Origin: Paraphysomonas bandaiensis
Lineage: Eukaryota; Protista; Chrysophyceae
Reading direction: 5' to 3'
Assembly (NCBI GenBank): GCA_965644295.1
Contig: CBFFRP010000288.1
Span: forward strand, 62,001 to 126,000
Length of the DNA stretch: 64,000 nucleotides
Shown: in pieces, positions 12,809 to 26,856 of the stretch
Numbering within the stretch: position 1 is the stretch's first letter
Layout: the number at the start of each line of letters is the position of its first letter
Translations under genes and position numbers: made by a program
The notes under the pieces: generated by a model
Database searches by the model: none
The model's input: the letters and a program-made list of their open reading frames with translations, nothing else
Told to the model about the DNA's origin: nothing

Positions 12809-14013
12809 TTAATTAGCTCGCAGCACTTCTTGTACAGATATATGGGTTTGCAGTGTCTGGAATTTAACAAGAAACGAATCTAACCGGCATTCATACATTT
12901 GATAATTGAGCACATTTTCTACTGCCTGCGAGCTCTTTTCGTCGACTCCATCTCTTCCTCTTCCCTGATATGTGCTTCGGATATCTTGCCGTAAGACCTA
13001 TTTTATGCGTGCATATAATGTGCTATAGTTGGGGATGGCATAGTACCCTACCTGTCGAATCAGCTGCTTTGCTTCATCGGCACCCGCACAATACTTGAAT
13101 GCCCCTTCATTTTGCATTTCTACCAATGCACTCTCAGCAGCGTCTACGAATTGCACTTCTCTCATGGGTATGTCTGCCTCGTATATCCACGACGGCACCT
13201 GTAGAGAAGTGGGACGAATGGGCTGCCCAGAATCGTCCACGGCAGCCATGGCAATAGGCAACTCGCTATGAACGATGTCATACGGGATGTACGGCTTCAC
13301 TGCGCAATATTAGCTTACATACAGCACTAATGAGGACGTACCGTCTAGAACAGGAGTTCCGTCTACCATATCTACACATATTATTTCAATGTAGTCTGGT
13401 CCGACGCTAACAACCTGCACGGTACTGTTTATGAGGGCAGGAGATGAAGGCACAGTAATAGTTCTTTTATTACCTCAGAAACAGATAGACCAATAGGATT
13501 GGGCCTATGAGGAGAACGGGTGGAGAGACACCCTACTCGAGCGCCATGAAGACGTGGTGGGCGGATCTTTGCAGGTATGCTTTTTGAATCCGAATTAGTG
13601 TTCTCGTGGAACACCCACACCACCCACACATGGCTGAACTCTTTCAGTTCTCGAAAATGTTCATGTTGAATTAATTTTTTGTCAAATCGTATCCGACCAC
13701 GAGCTGCACGTACTAAATTAGGTTGTCGTGGAGTTCCACGTCGATCAGGGAATGGCGACTCTATTACACCAATCATATTAAATTGATATCCTGATATCGA
13801 TGTCTTGTTTTTTATTTCTTGTCTTTTGCTCTGTTGAGCGGATATTCTACCTTTTCTTTCAACTTTTCGTAGTTGTTTTTCTTTTTCTAGTAGTTTATTA
13901 AGTTTATTAGTTTCATGTTGTATAGAGTGTATATGTTTGCATAGTAAGACTATTGCAGCACCAGAAAGACCTAAAGCAATTAAACAGCATTTAAATTGAT
14001 TCAATTGATTCAT
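12809..14013 (-). CDS. TRMO: tRNA m6t6A37 methyltransferase TrmO/TsaA, multi-exon
   Basis: IGVIESPFPDRRGTPRQP, FSHVWVVWVFH, KIRPPRL, TRSPHRPNPIGLS, DMVDGTPVLD/VKPYIPYD. Confidence 0.93.
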
Positions 14014-14493
14014 ATTATATATCAAAAGATATTGTATAGTATTCCAGATCACTATATGTGTTCACTACACATTCATATATATATATGCATATATATATAT
14101 ACACAGAGAGTGTGTGTGTGTTATATGAATGGATTAAGTCTATCCAGTATGGAGAGAGAAATATCCAATCAGATACATTGAAATATATTTACTAGATATT
14201 GATTTGATGAACCCTTTTTTTTCATGTAGTATTGAAGGGTACCCCCCCCCACGTATACATACACGGTACATCAACGCACAATAGATCTTGTGGTGCTATA
14301 GTCTGATACATATATATATATATATAGAAAGAACACAAGTGATATGAAGTATAAAGAAGTATAATAAAGTGAAGTATATTCCATGACTTTTTTCAGTTTT
14401 TTATAAATAATTTCAATAGTATAATATATGAACTAAGTCATATGGTAACATTCATATCATAGAAACCATTTCCATCATAGTTTAAGTATAATC

Positions 14494-17400
14494 ATGGAGT
14501 TATTTGAATTATATATTAGTGATATTAAAGGTTATGATTTATGTGGACGTAATGGACTTGTAAATTGTTCACCATATGTTCGTATATTTGTGGGAGAAGT
14601 CTATGCAGGTCGTACAGAGACACTTACACGTACTCGGGATCCTAAATGGAATGAATGTTTTAAATTTAAAATACATCAAATATCAAATCTTTCTGTATTA
14701 GTGAAAGTATTTGATTCTTCTGTTCTTGTTGATGATACACTTATTGGGTTTGTTGAGTTAACAATACGGTTTGAGGGACCAGGTATGACTCACAGTGAAT
14801 GTGCAGACATTCAAGATGGATCCGGTCGACTTGCTTTTCATATTAAGTGTAGACAATTGTCGATGGCTTCACTTGTGCAATATGATGATGACAAACACTG
14901 TATTGTTGATCGATTGATGCGTGAGAGTCTCTTCCAAAGCCTATTGCCCCGCTCCACGAAAAGCGTTTTCATGCACGAGTACACCAATTGTCCCAACTCA
15001 CTGAAACACTCAAACTTTTTTGCTATTGATGCAATACGAGACTATGAAAGCTTATTCAGCGTTTCAGGAACTTCATGTGTTGCTTCAAGTGAATGTTTTG
15101 TAACAAGTCGAAACAACTGTCAAAGCGACAGGCATATCGCACCAGATATAATTGACGGTTGCGTTGAAGGCAGTATAGTCTCTATTGTGACCCCCAAGCG
15201 TTTCTTTACTTCTGAGGATGCACCACTTGATTCGTGTACGGATGTCGCTGCTATACGATTGCATGCGAAATGTGGGGAAAGGTTCGAGAAGAATATTGGT
15301 CCTGGGGTTACATTAGGGGCATTGCACTTACCGTGGCATGATCATCTCTGTACAGACCACTTAGAGACGGACGGCATCACATTAGAACTCCTTTCTAAGC
15401 TACAGGAAGAGGTGAAGGGTTCTAGTGGTAACCTTTTGGCGCGCAAATTTTTTACATATGCGCAGTTGCTCAATAGTGGACGTCGAAGTACTGGAGTAAA
15501 TGGCGAACTGATTGTAGATAACAGACTACGTGTACCTCCAGTGGCGAGGAGGGAGTTCATGATCTCCGTCACCCCGGCGACAGGTAATTTGCCTGGATGG
15601 GAAAGGGATGCCGAGAGATGGACTATTGCCGAGGCACTTTTATGCCAAAGCGAAGAGGAAGCAAAGCAATATGCTGACACCAGTGGCGTCCTTGTCCCTC
15701 CAGCTGGTACGCAGAGCCCAACTGAGATTGTGCAAGCTGGAACTGACTCAGAGGTAAAGCCACTGGAGTCTGTATCTTTGGATAGTGAAATCTGTAGTAT
15801 GAAGATTGATGCAGTAAATGACACGATAGACATACCTGGTAAGGAGGTAATGGTTGGGTTTGATGATGAAGATAAATTCTTGGTTCGGGGAGGATGGTCA
15901 GACGAAGAAGATTCTATGGACTCAGGGGCTGTGCAGGAGGCGTTTTCTCAATGGGACGACACTATATGCGATGTTCTTAAAGATTCTGACGAATTAGTTT
16001 CGGTTCCGAATGACATGGAAGAAACGCGACCTGTTGTGGGAAGAAAGGAAAAAGTAATAACACTGCTTGAACGTGAAGGATCAGCGTGTTCAACTCAGTA
16101 TGTGCTTGTTGACCTCGAGCGTGATGCAGGAAGCCTACTGGTCGGTTGGACACAACGACGAACGCTTACAGATATGGAGTCAGTTGACGTTCACCAAGCT
16201 TCGCATGATATTTTGCTTAGCAGTACTACTGATCAATCAGAAGTGCACCTCCACGATAAAGCAAATCCTGTCCGTCCCATGACATCCAAAGCTCGCCACA
16301 TGCGAGTTATGGTACCCATCCCAGCCTCTATGCTCAGTGACTCTGGTCATTCCCCCGCCTCGTTGTCGTTTCTGCTGCCTCGTCATAGTGGAGATAGCCC
16401 AGACTTCAACGTTCGGGTTACCATCCAGTGTCGGGTGCATGCCGTCGATGCAGGTGTTGAAGATGGGACGTATGGGGTACATCTAAGATGGACAGTTAGC
16501 TCTCCACAATCTATTTTAATTCCGCAAGCTTCCCCGGGGTCATTTCGGGAAAGTAGTCTAGTGAGAGGTGCCCGAAGAGAGTCGTCAATCAAGGTGAATG
16601 CCTTTTGTCTTATATATCCCTGTGAGGTGATAACTGGCACATCATTGGACGACACAGGGCCAATGGCTGAAGAATACCAGTATTTGGTTGATCTCTCGAG
16701 TGATAAAATAAAAGTGTTTGAAAATTCACCAGAAGCCTTATTAGACCATGTTAAACCCGGGAATAAAGTGTTTGAGGGACGAAACGGTCAGTCAGCACCT
16801 GGAATTATTCCTACTTGTCTCTCTGGTGTTTTGCATAGTGGTGATCATGGTATTACTCGGACAACCATACAGGAAAATATAGCTCCTACACCTGTGTACA
16901 GAGATGAGCAAGTGGATCTTCTTCCCTTTCTTCATGTTGATGAAACGCCAAGAGGAGCATCCCTTTCTCTCGATGTGTATGAGAATCAATTTCTTCTCAT
17001 ACCTCCAAAGGGAGGACAACAACACGCAGTAGCACTTCGTGGTGGTCAGAAGTGGGTACCTCTTGGAGCATTATCTCTGTCCAGCATGGAGTCAGAATGT
17101 TGTACCAGACGTACGAGTAAGAATTATTCATTCAGTAGCTTAAATGGTGAGTATGGGTTTCCTGGCACAACTTCTGAAGATGGTATTCTCACCAGCAGTC
17201 TAGACAGTCTCTTTAACAACACACTTGAACTGAAGGAATTTGAAGTAAGTGATGAGTGGAGCCTCGTACGAACATACGGATCGCATCTGCGAGGTGATAA
17301 GAATTCTATTGGTTGTGACGATGACGATTACGATGATACTGCTGAGCATGATGGGGATGCGTGGTGGTACGCAATGACCCTGGACAATTTACTCTCGAAT

Positions 17401-20400
17401 GTAGCATGCTACCAATCGTACTACCCTGGTTGTGTATACCGCCGACGCTGTTGGAGAAAATCGCTTCAACACAAGGTTGATACTGTGCTGAAGTTTGAAA
17501 GTATACATTCATTGATGCGACCGCCTGATACAATTCTTCATTCACAGCGTGGGCACAATGAGGGTGAGAAAAAATTGCCTAATCAGTCTTCGATAAAAGA
17601 AAGTATGCTTGTAAATAAATTCGAATGGGAAGATGTTGTGGACTGTTGTGTTCTGTCTGCATCGAGTTTGGCTTTCACTATAAAACTGTCTGACGCAAAT
17701 TGTCAGGCGTCTCAGTGTAGCTATGTTGTTCAGAACTGCCCTGCGCACATGATTATGGACATCTTTCACATACGGCGCGGCGTACAGAAGGCACGTCGGC
17801 TAGTAGAAGAAAGTGTGGTTCCTGCCATTAGAAGTGGGCGCAGCAGATTACATAATAGTCGTGTGCAGTCGAGTGGGTTTATATCTGTTGTGACTGACAC
17901 ACAAAGAGATATTGTCGACCAGCGTGCCGTTCGGGACGCTATGATTCAACTTCGAGATATGATCGAGGCAATGGTTGTTGAAATGATCCCAAGTTTACAT
18001 GGACGGTGTAGTGGGTTTGAAGGTATATCTTCTGACGTGACTCCAGATTCCTCCCCGCCGACTACAATGATATGTGATCTTTCTCTTTATGACGCTGATT
18101 TATATGCGAAAGATGATGTTGATGTGGCGCTCGCTGCTTCCCAGCGGCCACTAGTACTACATGTTGTGTTGCCAAACCAGGCGAAATCTAATTTCGACAT
18201 CAAATATATAGTTCTAGAAAGGTTGATGGGTTACTACCGTCTGATAGCGGAGTCTACGCATTACTGTACCTTGCGACCTAATCATACCGCTTCATCTGCG
18301 ACCTCTATTCAAGTGAAGCTTAAATCACAGTACATGCCTCATAATGCCACCTCCAAGGAAATCGATGAATCTGTGACTCCAAGATCCCAGCATCGCCGTT
18401 CAAGTGGGCGGGGTGGGCATTTTTGGAAAGAAGTTAGCTTATCGCCATTCAGCCGTCCTGATTTTTCTGTGAGCGGAATTGTTGACTACGTACATAGGCT
18501 TTTGTTGGCTGCTGAAGATTCCATTTTGCGAACTTCAAACAGCGACTTTTCGTTAAGTAGAAGTGACACTTATTTGGAGCAGCAGCGCCGCGCCTTATGT
18601 GATATAGCGAATGATTGTCTATCCAAAATTGTGTCGGCGACGAGGTCGTTATTAGCGTGGAAATCGCCAGAAGACAAGACAAATAAGCTTGGCCCTTGGG
18701 CTGACGCATATCTTCCTCTCAGTTTGTTCTTTCTAAAGAATAACACACGATTGCTGATCGCAATACTAGCTGTTTCTGCATCAGCGAACTTTGGGGTGTC
18801 TAACGTTCCATGTTTTTCTCGTTTTACCAACATTCGTCATCTAATTCACTGGGAGCTACATTCGCGAGTGATTAGTATGTACACTTGGGTTCGATCTCTT
18901 CACAAAGGAGGGTTAAAGTATTTATTAGAGTCTCGATGTGCGTACTATGGAAGTCGCGTGATGTCACAATTTTTGCAGAAGGAAACGTGTACAGTCGAAA
19001 ATACTGAAGAGCATGCTGACGAGGGCAGTCAGTACTTCACGCCCATACCTGAGGTAATACTATCCGACATATCACTATTGCTTGGCTTTTCTGTATTATG
19101 TATATTGTGAGTATTGTATCTACTATTGTGTGATCAATGCGATGTAGGGGTTTCGCCATGCGCTTCGAGAATGTCTATTAGACGGTTACATGGAAGTTTG
19201 TGCTTTGTACTACACCACGGACTACTCAGACGTTACTCATGTGATTCTGCCTCAACTAGACAGATCACAGCATGACAATTATGTCACACTTCTCATGGAG
19301 AACAAGTGTTTTTCTCTCACGGCCATATCTAGACTGCATGATATAGTTGGAAACACTTTAGTAAATTGCTTATCGATTTTACTGGTACGACTCGTGATTT
19401 CATATATGTTAATTGGGTTTAAAATGTTGTTGTAGAATGAGTATATGATGATTCTTCGAGAATGTGCTGGTAAATCCAATGAAGGTAAGACATTGGTACG
19501 TATACTTTATCGACGTTATATAACTCTCATATTAGCGCCACATGAGTCGGCGAACCCTCCGACAGTTCCAGTGGAGCCCTCGTGTTTCGCGCCTCACCCA
19601 CTGATGGACGTACCCAAGTATGCTACGCGGGGGGCTCAATTAAGGACGTTACCATGGAACCGTAAATCTTTTAGCTCGGATGGGCGCTATAAACATGGCC
19701 TGGGGGGCATGCTTGATTCAGTGTTTTGCGTGATGAGTGCAATTGCCAGCGACTGTGAGCAGATCGAACGGTACATAGAGGTAAAAATTTATTGACTGTT
19801 ATTACCATATTGAGTTGATATCGTGAAAATGGGAATATAGGAGATTGCAGTAGTTATGCGCCCATTCTTTTACACGCAGCTGGTATGTATTGCCACGAAA
19901 CACTCAATTTGATAATCATAGTTCTTGTGATGTAGCTTGCGAGCCTCGAACGTAACGAGTCTGCTGCGCTGCGTAAAATAGTAAACAATATCGACAATGT
20001 ACACTCTCAATTGCACCGACTCCAAGAAAATTTTCAGAGGTGAGTGTACGTACTTTTGGCTGAAGGTATGTTCCACTTATGAACGCTCTCCGTAGGCTAT
20101 GGAAACGTGCCTTGAGAGAGCAATGTCGTGTTATATTTAAATACGTTGAATCTTTCGAATTAAATGTAAATGATGGGGAAACAAGAAAAGCCAGTAGACT
20201 TAATCTGGGTTTGAAATGGAAGCGTATTTCTAAGAAAACAAAGTCTAAGAAGAATCAATCTGGTTCCTCAATACAGGAGAAGGTCACAGAGGAAGGTGCA
20301 GATATTCAGTCGACAGAATGCAAGATTTCTGGTGCTGAGGACGCAACAGGCATCTCACCACATTCAGAATATATATGCTCGGATGCCAATAATAGTGAAC

Positions 20401-22410
20401 TTGAATCCAATGAAATGTGCCCGGAATTCATAGCGCAGAACGATTCCTCGGCTTCGAAGGAAACGGATGATGAGCATGAATCCAATGAAGAGTGTCCGGG
20501 AGTTTTAGCACAGAACAATTCTTCAGCTGCAAAGGATATGGATGATGATCATGAATCCAATGAAGAGTGTCCGGGAGTTTTAGCACAGGACAATTCTTCA
20601 GCTGCAAAGGATATGGATGATGATCATGAATCTAATGAAGAGTATTCGGGAGTTTTAGCACAGAACAATTCTCTAGCTTCAAAGGATACGGATGATGAAG
20701 AAGAAAACAACTACTCAATTGGCGGTTGTGACGATGAGCAATCTACAAGTAGCAGCGAATATGATAAAGGTCCAATTTCGTTTTTTGTCAACAACGTACA
20801 AGATATATTCGAGTCACCAGATGAGTTTGGTCGAAATTTGAATTTTCTTAGTAGACTGATATACAATTTATCGAGTCCAGAAGTATACGACATGTTTTGT
20901 AGCTACGGGCTTATAAGTATAGCGACGCCTCTGTTAAATGCCTTGACGACGGTGCATAACTATGTGGATGGCATAAATGCGGGGTTATGTGAGATGCCTA
21001 TAAATTCCTCTGAATTGAGCAGCGAGGTATGCTGGTGCATGTGTATTATGTTCATTATAAGTAGTGATACAGCTGAGGGGAGAACTGATGAATGTGTACA
21101 AGCTTGCGTATTACTTGATTCTACCTAGCTGGAAAGTTCCCAAGGATATAGCCTCCTCCTCTCCACCGTTGGAGGCCGGCGCTTTCACTACTTTATTTGG
21201 TACAGTAAAAGTCTAACTTGATCACATTAACTCGATGTTTACAGCTGTAGAGGAGACAGATGACGACTGTGCAGATAGTAGTGTACGACACGTTCGGTCT
21301 AAAATAAAGGCACGTAATTTTGTATCATTTTATCTGCGGTCACTCACTATATATGTTACTCTTCAGAGCTTAGATAAATCCCTTTTTGCGACTCTCTGTG
21401 CAATAGAAACTGCATTCAAGAAGAGAACACGAGGGTATATAGGGAACGTTAATTGAATACTGAGACTAACTTGTGGATATAAAATTGCAGGAAGGATATG
21501 GAGTTCCTAGATATATTATCTTCTATCGATGAGTTTCAATCTCCTCTAATTACGAAATTGTATTCGCGTGAGGCACAGCTAGATCTCATGTACCTTGCAT
21601 CGGATTCAGAGACCTTGCGTTCTCCACATAAACCCGATATAGTATCTATCGAGAAAGCTGGATTTAAGTATTCTGAAATGGTGGAGGTAATGTTTTTTTC
21701 TGATTTTATTTATTTTTACAGTGGAGTTTTGTAGATATCGGGGCTATGTGTGAGGGGAATCAGCTCGTTCCCCACACTCTCTGAAGAAAATGCTCAGTCT
21801 TCAACTAATAAAGACGATACACAACCGTTAACAGGTGATGCAGCGGTAGCCTCGGATACGGAGGCGCGGCGCACGAATATACCGATCAACAGCTGCTATA
21901 TTGAGATTGTCGCATATTCTAGATCTGGCACCAAAAGAAATTCCTTCCAAACAAAGGTATGAATTATGCAGCCGCAATGATATTTAACAATCCGTGGATG
22001 CTGTAATATATATGCTAGTGTGCTGCTGCAGGGGACCGAAATCCAACTTGGTTCGACGTATTTCGTTCAGATCCCCAAAGGTGATGTACTGGAACGTATC
22101 ATCTGTACTTCCAATGAAACTCGTGAATTATACTGTCAGGTGTTCGGATACTCTGCCAGGCGGCACGGATCCTTTGGAGAGACTGGACATAATGCTTTAC
22201 AATAGGCGGGTCATATCACCGGCGTCCATGCTATTTGCCGCTGTGACGGAGTCATCTCTGATTGCCAGGACTACAATACAGTTAGAAATGCTCAGACTGA
22301 ATTCTATTAGACAGTGGTTCGAAATGACTTTGTCCGAAGACTATTATCACACCGGTTGGTCAGTGATAATTCATGTTCATACACGCATTGTCAAAGAAAG
22401 AAATTCGTAG
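14494..22410 (+). CDS. Large C2-domain protein (N-terminal C2, DysF-like region, helical region, probable C-terminal C2), multi-exon
   Basis: N-terminal C2 (SPYVRI...TETLTRTRDPKWNECFKF...VKVFDS...DTLIG); VYENQF and WWYA...YRRRCWRK resemble DysF halves. The downstream same-strand ORFs appear to be linked by GT-AG introns; that joining is inferred. Confidence 0.7.
20400..20699 (+). repeat. Coding tandem repeat, 4 x 75 bp (HESNEECPGVLAQNNSSAAKDMDDD)
   Basis: Units start at 20400, 20475, 20550 and 20625. Confidence 0.92.
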
Positions 22411-22887
22411 ATTCCTTTGTTAATGCTCACATAAAAATTTGCTGATATGTATTAAGCTATATATCATATTATATACTATGATATAACTGGCTATTGCTTT
22501 TCGGTTATTATTTCCGACATACTTCACAAAACGGATTGTTGCAATAATTCAACTATTACTATTCTTCGTGTACAATTTAGACTATTTCGGAATGCTGCTC
22601 TCAGTAGACTGTTTACGTTATAATGCAACAATATGGGCGACATGTAGCATCACATGTTGCAGGCTGTCGTATATATAGATATATAGCCCTGTACTTCTGT
22701 ACATATGTACATATACATTTATACACAACGAACTTACAGATTACAAGACTTAAATAGTCTTTTGTAATGGAATATATATTATATTATACATTTTATACAT
22801 TATATGGAAATTTTCGTGTATGTTCTATTAGGTTGAGTACATTAAAAAGTTATATATGTACCTGCCTTAAGTGCATACGTATTCGCA

Positions 22888-23720
22888 TTACTCATTCGAG
22901 TGTTTGCCTTCACAATGTCGATGATGGTGTTGAGGTGTCCCGTGTACATGAGAAGTTGGTGCAGTAGTTTTGTGCGAGTGGGGATGCCCAGGCCCGTCAG
23001 GTGGATGGGAACCAATGGGGTGTCCATCTGGTTCTGGAGCTTCCTGAGAAGGGTGTCGTGGCACGAATAACTTATGTTCAGGAGGAGGTACAATATGTTT
23101 TTTATGTGTTGCATGGGGTTGATCTCTTAGAGGGTGAAATTAGTGAACAACTAGTGCGCTTGATGTCATGCATGGAACTTACAGGCCATCGTGGTTGTGA
23201 TTTACAGGAGGATCAATTACTTTATTCTTGGAATACTCTTGCGCATCCCTAAGAGAGATCAAAAATACAAGATGAGAGTTTACTACAATACTTACGGTGT
23301 TACTGTGAAGTCCTTCTCATTTGGATCTCTCACAAGTCCTTTATGTTCCTGAACAATATCCCTGTTTATTTGATTATACAGTATAACTTTAACATGATCT
23401 ATATACTTGCATTTGTACGTCATGACTCTCTTTATTGGGGTCATGAAGCCCTCCTTTCGGGTGTCTATTTTCATGTGACAGAGCACCAGAGTTCATATAA
23501 TCGAGATCAACTGATGGTTCAACTGGTTTCTTTCCTGTACGTTCTTGAACATCCCTGATATATAACTATGATGATGGTCTGTATGTGTGTGTATGTGTAT
23601 GTATGTATGTGTGTGTGTGTGGGTTACTTACATGGTGGTTTCAATGCTTTCTATATTAGGGTTATGAATGTTACCCTTATGTTGAGTTTCTGGTGTAGGA
23701 AGCATCTGGTGAATAGATAG
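22888..23720 (-). CDS. Hypothetical His/Pro-rich protein, multi-exon, 5' end uncertain
   Basis: Reverse-strand exons bounded by GT/AG: DVQERTGKKPVEP..., DIVQEHKGLVRDPNEKDF..., and a last exon DQPHATHKKH...PGHPHSHK...QHHHRHCEGKHSNE*. Confidence 0.5.
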
Positions 23721-24242
23721 ATATGAACTGTGTTCTATACTGTGACTGTGATCTTAATATAGTGATACTGTGAGGAGTGTGTGTATGTATGCATGGAGGA
23801 GTGTGTGTATGTATGTATAGAGAGAAGCTGTAGAGTGTTATTATGATCTTCTTTCGAACCATTAGAGTGAATTATATCCAATCATGTATTTTTCAGGTAG
23901 TTTAATTGGTTAGAAATGTTGGAAATGAAGATATTATGGTCTTCGTAGAATATGTCCCATATATATACCATACTGCAGTATACAGTAGAAGTATATGCAA
24001 TTGTGTACAGTGATGTATATACGTCGTAGTTGTATGTATATATGAAGGTTGGAATTCCTACTACGATCGTAGGGTTTCTGATGTACGTACATACCGATCG
24101 GCTGCAAGCATTGTTACATATACACACACATACATACATACACACATACATACGGACACACATATACATACACACACTTATATATACATACACCAGCCAC
24201 TCTGCATACCTCTCATCATATAGATCATATACTATAACAACT

Positions 24243-26556
24243 ATGAGAAAAGCTTTTACATCTGTTGTTATAGCTGTTACCAGTCTATGTGCACTTGGAG
24301 ATTACACTCCTGAAGCACTAGCAGATCAAGTAACGGATCTACCAGGAGCTGAGCATCTAGACATTAACTTTAATCAGTTTTCTGGTTATGTTAAAGTCAG
24401 TGATACAAAGAATCTTCATTATTGGTTTGTGGAATCTCAACGTGATCCTGCTAGTGATCCTATTGCCTTCTGGACTAATGGTATGATGTATATATACATA
24501 CGTGTATGTGTGTAATGTATTACTATAGGGGGCCCCGGGTGCTCTGGACTGGTGGGTAATCATCACACTGCAATATAATTGTTATGTAATAATATGTTAG
24601 TATGGATTTCTTACTGAGAATGGACCTTTTTGGACTGTCAACAAGGACCTCACTCTCAGGTGAGTTGCAGCCTTTGATGGCGATTATATTTAACAGTAAA
24701 TAGCATGAACCCTTACTCCTGGAACAAGATCGCCAACATGGTGTTTATTGAGCAGCCATGCGGTAAGAAAAATATTATCTTTTATTGTTGTTAATGAAGT
24801 GTGCGTTGGGAAGACCGTGTATATCCTTCATATTTAATTCTAATTTTGCATACTGTATACTAGGTGTTGGTTTCTCGTATTCTGAGCAGGAAGATCCTTA
24901 TGGAGAGGATGGTGATTACAAAACTAACGACGACCAGGCCAAGAAAGACAACTACGCCCTCATTCAGGCTTTCCTGGATAGATTCCCGCAGTATCGCAGC
25001 AACGATGTAATTAGCATTCCCGTGCCGTATATGTTGTGATATCGCAGCTACACGACATTATATATTGGCTATTTGTCTATAAACTAAATTTATTATGTGA
25101 CGAAATATGTGCAGCTGTATATTGCTTCTGAATCATACGGTGGACACTACATGCCCCAGCTCTCTCAGGAGATTGTTGACCGCAATGCTGCTGGCCAAGA
25201 CCCTATCCTTAACTTCAGGGGAATGGCCGTTGGAAATCCCGCGACTACCTTCTATAGCATCATGCCTGCCGGTCTTGACACATACTGGGGCCACCAACTT
25301 GTCTCCAAGCCTGTGTACGACGGATTTGTTGAGAACTGTCGTGACGCTCCCCACTTTAACGTAAGTCTGACAGGGGTGGTAGGTTAGCTTTAGAAGTGAA
25401 TACATTGCACTGCGTCGTAGTGATTATTGTCCTTATGTTGCTAATGCATAGTGTTTTTGACTTTCTTACGTTACCATACAGTTGACCGTCTGCGAGGCCT
25501 ACTACATGAAGATGTACCGCGAAGTGGGTAACCTAAACCCCTACGCCCTTGATTACCCCGTTTGTACGGAAGACGAGTCAACTCCTGCTGGGAGAGCAAA
25601 GAAGTACGGCCGTGGCCAGCGTACTTGGCTGATGAACTACGCCCTTCCTTCACTATTTTCGCACATGGCGAAGGGAAAGCTGTCCGCACAGAGCTTGGAG
25701 AATTTGGAGCAGGTCCGCAAATCTATCTCTCTTTCCACTATTGATGAGTACGAGCCCTGCGCTGCCGACTACATGACTCAGTACCTCAACCAGGTACCGT
25801 AGCGTTATGGTTTTATTGTGGAAATATGTAGCTCTGTACCACTGTTTGATCGACTGTGGTAATTATTGCATTGTAGGAGAGTGTCAAGAAGGCTCTTCAC
25901 GTCAAGAGTGATATCCAGTGGAAAGATTGCAGTACCATTCTAAGGTACTAAAGTATATAGAGGATGTTCTGCTGCTATGGTTACCGTACATGTATATCAC
26001 CATAGTTTTCATGCGGAGGCCTACACTGTGTTATATAGAACGAAAGATATATTGTAATCACTTGAATGTAGATATGACAACGGCGATCGCCATCATGACG
26101 TCACACCCATCTACAACTATCTCATTGACGGAGATTTCGGCTTGAATATCCTCGTCTTTTCCGGTGCGTTCTGGTGCCATATTAGAACTTCTGTGTTGCA
26201 TTCATTGTGTTATCTTGTTGGGTGCATATGATATAACTGTAAATTGTGTACAGGTGATGATGATGACGTGTGTGCCACCATTGGCACTCAGGACTGGATT
26301 TGGGATCTCGGATACAAGGTATTGCGCGTACTGCTCTCTTTTGTTCATTTTCTCATATACTGCCAAGGTTGCTGGCCGTGAGTGGGAATCATACACCGTA
26401 GACGAGCAGGTGGGTGGGTACCTGACCAAATGGCAGAACACGAAGTTTGCTTTCGCTACCGTGCATGGTGCTGGACACGAGGTTCCTACCTACAAGCCCA
26501 ATGTTGCATTTTGGCTCTGGGACAACTATCTCAAGGGAGAGCTTACCAACGCATAA
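24243..26556 (+). CDS. Serine carboxypeptidase (peptidase S10), secreted, multi-exon
   Basis: Signal peptide, LHYWFVES, WTNG/GPGCS, GVGFSYS, SESYGGHYMP (catalytic Ser), GDDDDVC, VHGAGHEVP (catalytic His). Confidence 0.96.
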
Positions 26557-26856
26557 GAATGCCAACTTATTGCTGTATTTAAGCACAAATGAAAAGTTTA
26601 TGCTTGATTAGTTGACTATAGCTGGGCTTATCGTCAACTCATCAGCCTTACTAAGTAATCGAACCATATCTGACCTTTTGTCGCATTTGTGTGAAACTAG
26701 CTATTTCACGCGCTTTAATATTTAATATTGTTAGTGCTGGAATTACATATGTGATGGACACACTTGCAGTCGCTACGAAAATCAAACACTGTAAAGAGTA
26801 CAGACCACGCCACTCACTCTATATTAATGAGTTTCTTTAAGCACTTATCTATCTTA

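Noticed and set aside
20400-20699. CRISPR-like array
   Set aside because: Head-to-tail in-frame coding repeats without unique spacers, inside a eukaryotic gene.
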